The notes beneath the pieces are model-generated. The model saw only the letters and a program-made list of their open reading frames with translations, searched no databases and was not told the origin of the DNA. Position numbers and translations under genes: made by a program. Below, one piece after another: positions 1 through 8,053 of a DNA stretch of 32,000 bases (its first letter is position 1; every line of letters begins with the position of its first letter). Source of the DNA: Candidatus Hadarchaeota archaeon (lineage in GTDB: Archaea > Hadarchaeota > Hadarchaeia > Hadarchaeales > Hadarchaeaceae); assembly GCA_964514965.1 (NCBI GenBank), contig CAZETV010000001.1:1-32000 (forward strand), given 5' to 3'.

Positions 1-134
1 TCAGTGATGGAAAAGCCCGACTTTTGCAACAGGGGCGACTTTTGCAACAAAGCCGATAGCGGTCGAAACAACTCCTTTCACCGAAATCCTCGAAAAGGGC
101 ACCGAACCTAGGAACCCATGGAGGGGGAAAAATT

Positions 135-425
135 TTGGTGAGGGATAAACCTTCCAAGCTCAAGCTACGCCTAGCCCTGAGCCCCCCCTCCCGAAAACTC
201 TTGCGTTTACTGCAGCGCCTTAAGCGCGCGGTCGGTGCTATACGCCCAAGGCGAGTTGACAAGCAAGCGGCAACTCGGATTAAGCTCAAACAGGCTGACT
301 TGGAGGCCCTCGAGCGGCTGAGGCGCATCGCAATAGAAAATGCCATGCAAGTTTCAGCCAGCGGAAGAATGAGAAAAGCAACGCGTGGGAAAAGAAAGAA
401 ATCGAAAAACAAAAGGCGTAGTTAA
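135..425 (+). CDS. small highly basic hypothetical protein (about 96 aa)
   Basis: ORF track; TTG/GTG start; Lys/Arg-rich; convergent with the MinD-like gene, ending 1 nt before its stop. Confidence 0.4.
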   Translation: MVRDKPSKLKLRLALSPPSRKLLRLLQRLKRAVGAIRPRRVDKQAATRIKLKQADLEALERLRRIAIENAMQVSASGRMRKATRGKRKKSKNKRRS

Positions 426-426
426 A

Positions 427-1236
427 TCAGCCTTTCTTTAGACTTTTAATTAAAAATTTACCGAGCTTTCTAAACTCCTTTGCAGCCGGAGATTGGGGCG
501 CGTAGCGTACCACGGGAACCCCAACCGCGGTGGACTCGTAAACTTTCGGGTCTTCGGGTATAGTAGCGATGATTGGCCAGCCAAGGAGCTTTTTGACATC
601 CTTTATCGAAAGGTCGAAAGGGTTCCCCCCCACCTTATTCACGATTACCCCCAAGATCGGGATTTTATATCGCTCTGCTGTACGAAGCGTTTTGAGGGTG
701 CTTGCAATGGTCGGAACGTGAGGGTTGGTGACGATGATTATCTCATCGCACGCTTTTATTGCAGCAATTGACTCGCTCCCTATCCCGGGTGCGGAGTCAA
801 TGAGAATCACCTTATGCTTGCTTTTCAGTGGTGCCAAATGCCCTCTGAGGTCAACCAAGTAGATATCCTCAACGTATGTGATTGAGCCGAGGACTACAAG
901 AAGTCCATGGGATCTCATAACCGCTTTCTCGATCGGGGTCTCGTCGGCGAGAACATCGTGGATGGTGACTTGGGGCGTGAACTCTCCGAAGTGCAGGCCG
1001 AGGTTAGGAGAGGTGAGGTTGGCGTCTACGGCCAAGACATTGTTCCCCATCAATTGGGTCAGACATATGCCCAGGTTTGCCACGGTCGTCGTCTTACCTA
1101 CGCCACCCTTACAGGAAAAAACACCGATAACCTTAGCTCGTTTGTGTTTGATATTGATGCCTTTTTTGCGTTTGGGTTCGAATGCGGACAGGAGACTCGT
1201 GTAGCCCTTATTGCCGCTCCTTGGTTTTTTTGGCAT
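427..1236 (-). CDS. MinD/ParA-family P-loop ATPase with basic N-terminal extension
   Basis: Deviant Walker A CKGGVGKTT, VDANLTSPNLG, IDSAPG motifs. Confidence 0.9.
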   Translation of the reverse strand: MPKKPRSGNKGYTSLLSAFEPKRKKGINIKHKRAKVIGVFSCKGGVGKTTTVANLGICLTQLMGNNVLAVDANLTSPNLGLHFGEFTPQVTIHDVLADETPIEKAVMRSHGLLVVLGSITYVEDIYLVDLRGHLAPLKSKHKVILIDSAPGIGSESIAAIKACDEIIIVTNPHVPTIASTLKTLRTAERYKIPILGVIVNKVGGNPFDLSIKDVKKLLGWPIIATIPEDPKVYESTAVGVPVVRYAPQSPAAKEFRKLGKFLIKSLKKG

Positions 1237-1410
1237 CGCTACACCTTTTTTATAGTTCCCTCTTTCGATTAATAAAGACGTATTTGGTAAATATTTTTTA
1301 TTTAAAAGACATTTTTGTAAAATTCATCCTACTAAACGATGTATTTTAGTAAGCCAAAATTGGGAGGATAAATAGAATTAGGATGGCCGACATGCTATTA
1401 AGGGGGGAAC

Positions 1411-2574
1411 TTGTCAATCCAGATAGTAAATGAGGGCCAGACGAAGCTCGAGGTACCTGAGCTTGAGAGCTTCCGCACTCGTGCAGGCGATTATGTTCCT
1501 TCTCTGACACGCGTTTTCTACAATCCGTACATGGAGTTCTGCCGCGACCTATCGGTTTCTGCTGTTCAGGCTCTAACCCGTGAACTAGATACCCTCTGTT
1601 TGTGTGACCCGCTGGCTGGTGTTGGTGTGCGGGGGTTACGCTATGCTAAAGAAGTTGAAGGCATCGCGCGCGTTATCGTTAATGACCGTTCGTTTGAAGC
1701 GGTTGAGTTCATCCGACGGAACATCGAGCTTAACGAACTGGGATGTGTTGAAGTACACAACGAGGACGCCAACACACTGCTTTGGCGGCGCGCGCCACAT
1801 TTTCATTTCATCGACCTCGATCCTTTTGGTTCACCAGCCTCGTTCATTGATTCTGCCTGCGCCTCGCTCCTCCGCAGGGGGGTGCTGGCCCTGACCGCCA
1901 CTGACACCGCCCCGCTTTCGGGAACCCACGCTAAGGCTTGCATTCGCAGATACGGCTCTAAACCACTCAAGGTAGAGTATGGCCGTGAGCTTGGGGTTCG
2001 GATTTTGATAGGTTTTTGTCAGAGAGTGGCAGGGAAATACGATCTTGCCCTTACGCCAGTGTTGGCTCACGCCACGAGGCATTACTTCAGGGTTTACCTT
2101 CGGGGACAACGGAGGGCAGGTGACACGAATGAGATACTGGCAAATCAAGGTTATGTGTCGCATTGTCGCGCGTGCGGAAATCGGGGTCTGACTTCAGGTT
2201 TGGTGCCCGAGTTGCCCCAAAAGTGCAAGTGTGGTGAAAAGCTTGAGCATGCAGGGCCACTTTGGCTCGGGCAGTTAGGTGACAAAGAATTCATAGGGGG
2301 GATGATTAATGACATAGCCCAGCGAAATTTCAGGCTCGGGCAGCAGGAGCTAACGCTGCTCAATCTCTGCCGCGAGGAAACTGAAGGACCCTCCATGTTC
2401 TACGATATGCATGAGCTCGCTGGACGCGTGGGAGTTTCACCGCCAAAAATTGTTGAGTTGATTGGAAAGTTTCGAAAACAAGGTTACTTCGCCTCGCGCA
2501 CCCACTTTTCGGGCACGGGCTTCAGAACCGATGCGCCAATGGATGAAATCATCAAAATTTTCAAACTCGTTTAA
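1411..2574 (+). CDS. trm1: tRNA (guanine(26)-N2)-dimethyltransferase
   Basis: TTG start after purine-rich RBS; DPFGSPASFIDSA motif; Cys-rich insert CRACGNRGL...CKCG; GPLWLGQLGD. Confidence 0.93.
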   Translation: MSIQIVNEGQTKLEVPELESFRTRAGDYVPSLTRVFYNPYMEFCRDLSVSAVQALTRELDTLCLCDPLAGVGVRGLRYAKEVEGIARVIVNDRSFEAVEFIRRNIELNELGCVEVHNEDANTLLWRRAPHFHFIDLDPFGSPASFIDSACASLLRRGVLALTATDTAPLSGTHAKACIRRYGSKPLKVEYGRELGVRILIGFCQRVAGKYDLALTPVLAHATRHYFRVYLRGQRRAGDTNEILANQGYVSHCRACGNRGLTSGLVPELPQKCKCGEKLEHAGPLWLGQLGDKEFIGGMINDIAQRNFRLGQQELTLLNLCREETEGPSMFYDMHELAGRVGVSPPKIVELIGKFRKQGYFASRTHFSGTGFRTDAPMDEIIKIFKLV

Positions 2575-3178
2575 ACCCCTCTGCGATGACGTAGACCTCT
2601 GAGCTACCTTTCCGCGAGGCGGGTGGTTTGGAAATTTTCAGGAAATCAAACTTCTTTCTCACGTTTTGAACGAAGTCTTGGAAGAACTCCCCTTGGAAAA
2701 CCTTTACTAGAAACTTCCCTCCTCGGCTCAAAACCTCGCTAGCGAGTGTAAACGCTGCGTCTGATAGTTCAATCGAGCGGGCATGGTCGACGCTCCAGAC
2801 TCCTGAGATTTGGGGCGACGCGTCCGAGAGTACCACATCGGCAGGGCGCGGAAGATTTTGTTGAATTAACTCTGGTGTTGAAGAGTCGGTGATATCTGCC
2901 ACTAAGGTTTTAACGTTTTTGTGAGGGAGTTTTGTGATTTTTTGGAGGTCAACGCCCAACACAAATCCTTCATCACCGACTTCCTCGCGCGCAACTTGAA
3001 GCCACCCACCAGGAGCAGCGCCTAGGTCGACGACGACATTGCCGCGTTGAAGCAAGTCGTAACGTTCATTGAACTGTTTGAGCTTGAACGCTGAACGTGC
3101 CCTGTACCCGGCCCGTTTCGCCATACGGTAGTAGTGCTCCCGTTTCCTCTCGCGCCGTTGTTTACTCATACCCGACAC
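2561..3178 (-). CDS. rlmE: FtsJ/RlmE-type rRNA 2'-O-methyltransferase
   Basis: YRARSAFKLKQ, VVDLGAAPGGWLQVA, VLSDASPQISG motifs; a second Met at 3169 is a plausible start. Confidence 0.9.
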   Translation of the reverse strand: MSGMSKQRRERKREHYYRMAKRAGYRARSAFKLKQFNERYDLLQRGNVVVDLGAAPGGWLQVAREEVGDEGFVLGVDLQKITKLPHKNVKTLVADITDSSTPELIQQNLPRPADVVLSDASPQISGVWSVDHARSIELSDAAFTLASEVLSRGGKFLVKVFQGEFFQDFVQNVRKKFDFLKISKPPASRKGSSEVYVIAEGFKRV

Positions 3179-3587
3179 CTTTCTTTGGCTTGAGCCCGCA
3201 AGCTTTAAAGCTCAACAAAACATGCCTGAGCAGCTCATGGAAATCTGGATTGTAAAAAAGATGACTTTCACACTTACAATCGCTTGAGCCAAAACCTTGG
3301 ATGGTCGGGAGGTTTTTCGCAAGTTCGGCAGTGACAGCACATTCTTTTCGCTCCTCACTTTGCGCGACGATTACCTCGGTCGCACGGGCGCGAGAGAGCA
3401 AGTAGTCGATGTGCCAGTGGATTTTTTTCTCCTTGCGCATGTGGCGCCCGACTCTTTTTTCGAGCCCACCCAGTGCCGAGCCGACGTAAGCGTAGTAGCC
3501 AGCCTTAAATGAGTGATTGCCGAGCTCACCAATGCTCAGCACTAGTTCGTAGGGGACATGAACGAGTAACACGTATGTTCCGCGCAT
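3162..3587 (-). CDS. DUF123 family protein (GIY-YIG-like fold)
   Basis: GTYVLLVHVP, YYAYVGSALGGLEKRVGRHMRKEKKIHWHIDYLL are typical of DUF123. Confidence 0.87.
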   Translation of the reverse strand: MRGTYVLLVHVPYELVLSIGELGNHSFKAGYYAYVGSALGGLEKRVGRHMRKEKKIHWHIDYLLSRARATEVIVAQSEERKECAVTAELAKNLPTIQGFGSSDCKCESHLFYNPDFHELLRHVLLSFKACGLKPKKGVGYE

Positions 3588-3726
3588 GTAGCTCGGTTAA
3601 TATTGGGGCCAATGCTACTTTTGCTTTCCGCAAGGATCCAGAACCAAGCCCGATTGCATTTTCCAACGCGCTTCACCTCACCTTCGCGTTCGAGGATTGG
3701 GGGCCAAAAACGAAAAAATATGACTT

Positions 3727-4647
3727 CTAAAGCTCAACATCTAGTCCTAGCTTCTCGCAAAGTTCCTTGTAGCGATTCCTCACGGTAACCTCTGTAACCC
3801 GCGCCACATCCGCCACATCCCGCTGCGTCCGCCGCTCTCCGCACTGCACGCTAGCAATATAGATAGCCGCGGCCGCCACACCCGTCGGCCCTCTTCCCGA
3901 GGTCAGCCCCTTCTTCGTCGCCTCTTTGAGCAGCTCGATTGCCTTCGACTGCACCTCGCCGCTGAGCCCGAGCTCGCTCCCGAAGCGGGGTATATAATCA
4001 ACTGGACTAGTCGGGCGCAGGTGAATGAGCAACTCGCGTGAAATGAAACGGTAACTCCGCCCAATTTCCTTCTTGCTAACTCGCGAAACATCAGCAATCT
4101 CGTCGAGTGTTCTGGGAACCTTGCATTCCCGGCAGGCCGCGTAAAGGGCCGCCGCGGCAACGCCTTCAATTGACCGCCCCCGGATCAACCTTTCCTCGAC
4201 CGCACGCCGGTAGATTACCGCAGCCGCCTCACGAACATTCCGTGGCAATCCCAAGTGTGAGGACATCCGGTCGACTTCCGAGAGCGCGAAGGCTAGGTTG
4301 CGTTCGGTGGCATCAGAAACGCGGATTCGCCGTTGCCACTTTCGAAGGCGGTAAATCTGGGCTCGGCGCTTGGGGGTGAGGTCCTTGCCGTGAGAGTCGC
4401 GATCTCGCCAGTCAATCATCGTCGACAATCCTTTATCGTGAATAGTGAACGTCATGGGCGCTCCGACCCGTCCCCGGCGCTCCCGCTGCTCTTGGTCAAA
4501 CGCCCTCCACTCCGGGCCCATGTCCATTATCTTGTCGTGAATGATGAAACCGCACGCAGCACACACTAATTCGGCGCGCTCGTACACACGCACGAATTTT
4601 GGGCTTCCGCACTCAGGACACTTTTTTTGTTTTTCGGGTTTTTCCAT
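3727..4647 (-). CDS. tfb: transcription initiation factor IIB
   Basis: N-terminal zinc ribbon CPECGSPKF...CAACGF, GPEWRAF B-reader region, two cyclin repeats. Start chosen at MEKPEKQ (ATG at 4645-4647) rather than the track start at 4710. Confidence 0.95.
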   Translation of the reverse strand: MEKPEKQKKCPECGSPKFVRVYERAELVCAACGFIIHDKIMDMGPEWRAFDQEQRERRGRVGAPMTFTIHDKGLSTMIDWRDRDSHGKDLTPKRRAQIYRLRKWQRRIRVSDATERNLAFALSEVDRMSSHLGLPRNVREAAAVIYRRAVEERLIRGRSIEGVAAAALYAACRECKVPRTLDEIADVSRVSKKEIGRSYRFISRELLIHLRPTSPVDYIPRFGSELGLSGEVQSKAIELLKEATKKGLTSGRGPTGVAAAAIYIASVQCGERRTQRDVADVARVTEVTVRNRYKELCEKLGLDVEL

Positions 4648-4882
4648 ACTGCTCCCCCATATATAGATCCTCGCCAACGAGCTTCCCCAGGCTAGCTTGA
4701 GCGAACCCACGGGTGGGTTTTACCACTATGTAAGGCGCCGCGACGGGTCCGAACAGGTCAAGTACATTCCCCACGCGTGCGCCGCCTACAGCATATACAG
4801 CTCCGCCGAGGGATGGCACCTGCTCGGCGCGCAGCACGAGCCCGCGGTTGGTGAGGTGAATAACCTTGCCTAGTCTGCGCAT
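4613..4882 (-). CDS. gar1: H/ACA RNP component Gar1-like protein
   Basis: [26 protein letters not shown]...[19 protein letters not shown]; immediately upstream of tfb, as in other archaea. Confidence 0.85.
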   Translation of the reverse strand: MRRLGKVIHLTNRGLVLRAEQVPSLGGAVYAVGGARVGNVLDLFGPVAAPYIVVKPTRGFAQASLGKLVGEDLYMGEQYGKTRKTKKVS

Positions 4883-5027
4883 TTAATCCCCTAAAAGTTT
4901 AAAAGGCAATTTATCTCCTCGTATATAAGTTTTTCGATATATTTAAAATTTGCGGTAGTTTGCCCAAAATTGCCCAAAACCCGAGAAAATTCTTAAGCGC
5001 AACCGATTATTTAGAGATGATGGTCGA

Positions 5028-5348
5028 ATGGCTAGAAAGATTCGAAAGATTCGCAGGCTCGTGCTCGACGTGCTTAAGCCCCACAGCCCCACGCTGCCAG
5101 AGTTTGCAACAAAGCTCAGCTCAATGTCTGGCGTTGACGGGGTTAACGTTACGCTCATCGAGATCGACAAGGACACGGAGACGGTCAAGATAACCATTGA
5201 CGGCCAACTTGACTATGGCACAATACGCTCGGCGATTGAAGAATGGGGCGGAGTCGTCCACAGCATCGATGAAGTCATCGCAGGCAGTTTAACGGGTGAT
5301 ATCATAAAGCGCCCATCTAGAGGTCGTACCCGCGAAGGTGGCGACTAG
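5028..5348 (+). CDS. DUF211 family protein
   Basis: IRRLVLDVLKPHSPTLPEFATKLSSMSGVDGVNVTLIEIDKDTETVKITIDG; AT-rich TATA-like tract (tatatttaaaatt) upstream. Confidence 0.85.
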   Translation: MARKIRKIRRLVLDVLKPHSPTLPEFATKLSSMSGVDGVNVTLIEIDKDTETVKITIDGQLDYGTIRSAIEEWGGVVHSIDEVIAGSLTGDIIKRPSRGRTREGGD

Positions 5349-6145
5349 CGTCTTCTATACCAACAATCGGGTTGTTTACAAGTTTCACAGTTGGTTTCTA
5401 TTTTCGTGCCCGGTTCACCTTTTATCCTCTTCACCAGCTTTCGGGCTTTGATAAGTTGTTTATTGGTTACCTGAACAGACAGGGTGACACTACCCTCGGC
5501 GCCTGAGATGCCTCCCTTGCCTATAGCAATGGCTTCCGCGCCCGTCAGAATCTTGAAAGCTTCGAGCTCAGTGATAACTTTCCCTGCTGCGGGCATTATT
5601 CCCAAAGGAAGACCTGTGGCGTAGCTAGCTCGAAAGATTCCAGTAGTTTTGGAGACTTTTTGGATAGAACCAGGAATAAACTTCTCGAGCCCCACAGGGA
5701 TGATGAAGTTCACGCCCTGCGCCATGATAGTCCCCAATGCCTTACCAATGGTGCCTCCTCCACGCGATGCCAATAAAACTCCCGCCGTGCCACTGGCATC
5801 GAGCGCATTGGCACCTTTGATAAATACATCGTCGGCCGTAAGTTCGGGAAGTATATCGTCGAGTTTGCTTTCGATGAGCTTGCCCCTACGGATGATGATA
5901 TTTCCTCTGCGCTGCTTGGGGGGGACGACGCAAGTACCTTTCGGCAAAACGATGCCTGCCACGAATTTTTCTCGTTCAATTTTTTTTCCTAACAGCTCTT
6001 CGGCTACGCGAGCGTTGGTTGTGCCAAGCCCAATCACTATCGTTCCTTGGCGGAGGGCTCGCTTGACCTCAGGGAGAGCGGTAACAGCCTTAGCTATCAA
6101 GCGCTTCGATTCGGCTGGAGTTAGACTTACTTGAATGTAGGGCAT
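5345..6145 (-). CDS. conserved hypothetical archaeal protein with C-terminal Cys motif
   Basis: ORF track 5345..6241. Start reassigned to ATG 6143-6145 (MPYIQVSLTPAES) because a TATA-like TTTTTAAACC lies about 25 nt upstream. C-terminus CETCKQPDCWYRRR. Confidence 0.75.
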   Translation of the reverse strand: MPYIQVSLTPAESKRLIAKAVTALPEVKRALRQGTIVIGLGTTNARVAEELLGKKIEREKFVAGIVLPKGTCVVPPKQRRGNIIIRRGKLIESKLDDILPELTADDVFIKGANALDASGTAGVLLASRGGGTIGKALGTIMAQGVNFIIPVGLEKFIPGSIQKVSKTTGIFRASYATGLPLGIMPAAGKVITELEAFKILTGAEAIAIGKGGISGAEGSVTLSVQVTNKQLIKARKLVKRIKGEPGTKIETNCETCKQPDCWYRRR

Positions 6146-6405
6146 GTCACACGGAGTTAATTTAACTGGTTTAAAAACTTGGTGTTTGATTAAACAATCG
6201 ACTACGGTAAAAAAATTTGAGTATTTCGCGGCGCTACTCAAGCGTTTCTATAAAGAACTAATCGTCGATATCTGGCGCTTTCTGACCTCGAAGTACTCGT
6301 AGTTTGTGGCGGAGAAGTTGCAGCGATCCCTCCCGCGAATGGTATAAGTTAAAAAAGTGGATATGGGCAGTCTTGAACATCGTCGGCAAAGGGAAGCAAC
6401 AAACA

Positions 6406-6834
6406 CTATGATTTTTCTTCAGGCGCCGCTGACTTCTCAGCTTCAACGGGTTTGGCCTCAAGCAGCACGGCATCGACGCCGCCGCTCTGCCCGGGTCGGC
6501 TAGTCACGCGTGCGCGGCCGAGCTCGGTTTCTATTATCGCGCCCTTAGTCATGACATTTCTACGTACGAAGTGAGGGTCTGCAGGATTTTCGACGACTGT
6601 GAGTATCTTCGATTTTTGGGCCTGCCCGGTTTTAGGGTCCACAACGTTGACGGCATCGGTGCCGAGCAAGCTGATTTTTATGCCCCCACCAAAGGTGCAT
6701 CGGTTGACTTGTTTGATTGGACCGAGTTTAGTCTCGACGAACTCGCTCCCCATCTCCCGCTCACGCTTCTTCCGGCTGGCCCATATTCGCCCTCCGCTGG
6801 GCTTCTTTAACGATCTACCCTGCCACTTAGCCAT
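6406..6834 (-). CDS. rps8e: ribosomal protein S8e
   Basis: WQGRSLKKPSGGRIWASRKKREREMG and VTSRPGQSG typical of S8e. Confidence 0.92.
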   Translation of the reverse strand: MAKWQGRSLKKPSGGRIWASRKKREREMGSEFVETKLGPIKQVNRCTFGGGIKISLLGTDAVNVVDPKTGQAQKSKILTVVENPADPHFVRRNVMTKGAIIETELGRARVTSRPGQSGGVDAVLLEAKPVEAEKSAAPEEKS

Positions 6835-6879
6835 TTAGACACCGCTTGCAATCTTTGAACATAAGAGTATAAAAAGTCC

Positions 6880-7389
6880 TTATCTCATGAGTTCCTCGAT
6901 TCGTTCACGGATCTTGTCCATATCGTCATCAAAACCGAAGTAACCTGCGAATCTTCGCGAGGTTCGAAGCACTCGTGTCCGCTCGAAATTTCTGGATTCG
7001 ATGAACCCTAAAGCGGTGAGTTGTTTGATGTGATCGTAGACTCGACTGCCCCGTACATCGGCGAGCCTCGCTTGGTAGACGGGCTGCTTGTAGGCAATCA
7101 TGGCGAGCGTCTTCAAAGCTCCCCGCGAGAGCTTTGCTTTAGACATCACTCCCTCCAGCTTTGGCATATACTCCTCGCGGAGGCGGAGCGAAAAGGTCCC
7201 CTTTGAGGTTTCAGCGAGCATCAAGGGGCCATTCTTCTTCCCGTAGTCAGCTATGAGTTCCTCCATAATCTTGCGCGCGTAGGTCTCAGAAGAGGTTCCC
7301 AAGATTTTACGCAGTTCGTCCAAGGTCAACGGACGATCAGCCGCGTAGAGGGCGGCTTCGATAATCGAGCGATCTTCTTGAACACCCAT
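6880..7389 (-). CDS. scpB: SMC-associated winged-helix protein ScpB
   Basis: SIIEAALYAADRPLTLDEL...LSRGALKTLAMIAYKQPVYQARLADVRG; downstream of scpA. Confidence 0.92.
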   Translation of the reverse strand: MGVQEDRSIIEAALYAADRPLTLDELRKILGTSSETYARKIMEELIADYGKKNGPLMLAETSKGTFSLRLREEYMPKLEGVMSKAKLSRGALKTLAMIAYKQPVYQARLADVRGSRVYDHIKQLTALGFIESRNFERTRVLRTSRRFAGYFGFDDDMDKIRERIEELMR

Positions 7390-7390
7390 G

Positions 7391-8044
7391 CTACCCCTCT
7401 TTTACTGGCAAGGCGGCAAATATTTCACCAAATGGTTCTGGTTGCCGCAACGAGACCCTGCCTTGAACTTCTAGGAACAATAGGAGAAGAAGTGTTCTGG
7501 CCACCTCGAGCCTAGTTCGTTCGAGGACGAGTGCCGAGAGAGAGATCTCTTGCCCTGAAGCGGTGAGGCTTTTTACTCGTTGGTACAGCTCTTCAAGATA
7601 CTGCTCGATGTTTGTGTGGTATTCGCTGAGCGTCTGCATGATTTTCTCTAACTTCCTCCTGTGGACGAGTTTCCGCGTTGGGGTATCTTGGAGCGCATCT
7701 TGTAGCGCGCCCATAAGGTCTAGAAGTGTAATTTTGCGAGGTGAGCGCTGTATAATCGTTATTTGTCCGAGTTCAGGCAAATCGATATCTAACATCTCCT
7801 TAAGTTCCTCCTCTACTTCCGGATTTTTATGCCCGTTGAACACAAAATCTGATTTCATCCGCAAAAGCACCGAGGCCGAAAGTAGCGTCCGCCCTGAAAC
7901 ACGAAGGTCGAACTCCCGCATTTCCTTCACGCGTTGCATGTAGACACCCGCAATCTTCTCGATGTCGATATCCCACGGGTCGAGTTTGTGCTCCTGCACC
8001 AGTCCGAGCAGAATCTGGAAAGGTTGATCAGCGATAGTCGTCAT
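7391..8044 (-). CDS. scpA: kleisin ScpA
   Basis: LLGLVQEHKLDPWDIDIEKIAGVYMQRV and C-terminal winged-helix region FLALLELVR-like; between smc and scpB. Confidence 0.92.
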   Translation of the reverse strand: MTTIADQPFQILLGLVQEHKLDPWDIDIEKIAGVYMQRVKEMREFDLRVSGRTLLSASVLLRMKSDFVFNGHKNPEVEEELKEMLDIDLPELGQITIIQRSPRKITLLDLMGALQDALQDTPTRKLVHRRKLEKIMQTLSEYHTNIEQYLEELYQRVKSLTASGQEISLSALVLERTRLEVARTLLLLLFLEVQGRVSLRQPEPFGEIFAALPVKEG

Positions 8045-8053
8045 GTCTTCACC

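Noticed and set aside
3162-3587. GIY-YIG homing endonuclease
   Set aside because: The sequence matches the housekeeping DUF123 group and has no intron or intein context.
3509-3788. Plus-strand ORFs 3509..3730 and 3603..3788
   Set aside because: They overlap confident minus-strand genes (DUF123, tfb) and have no family resemblance.
6258-6473. 71-aa minus-strand ORF between the conserved hypothetical and S8e genes
   Set aside because: It overlaps the end of rps8e, has no convincing RBS and shows no recognisable domain. The 6241-6405 gap could hold a small RNA but I found no diagnostic motif.
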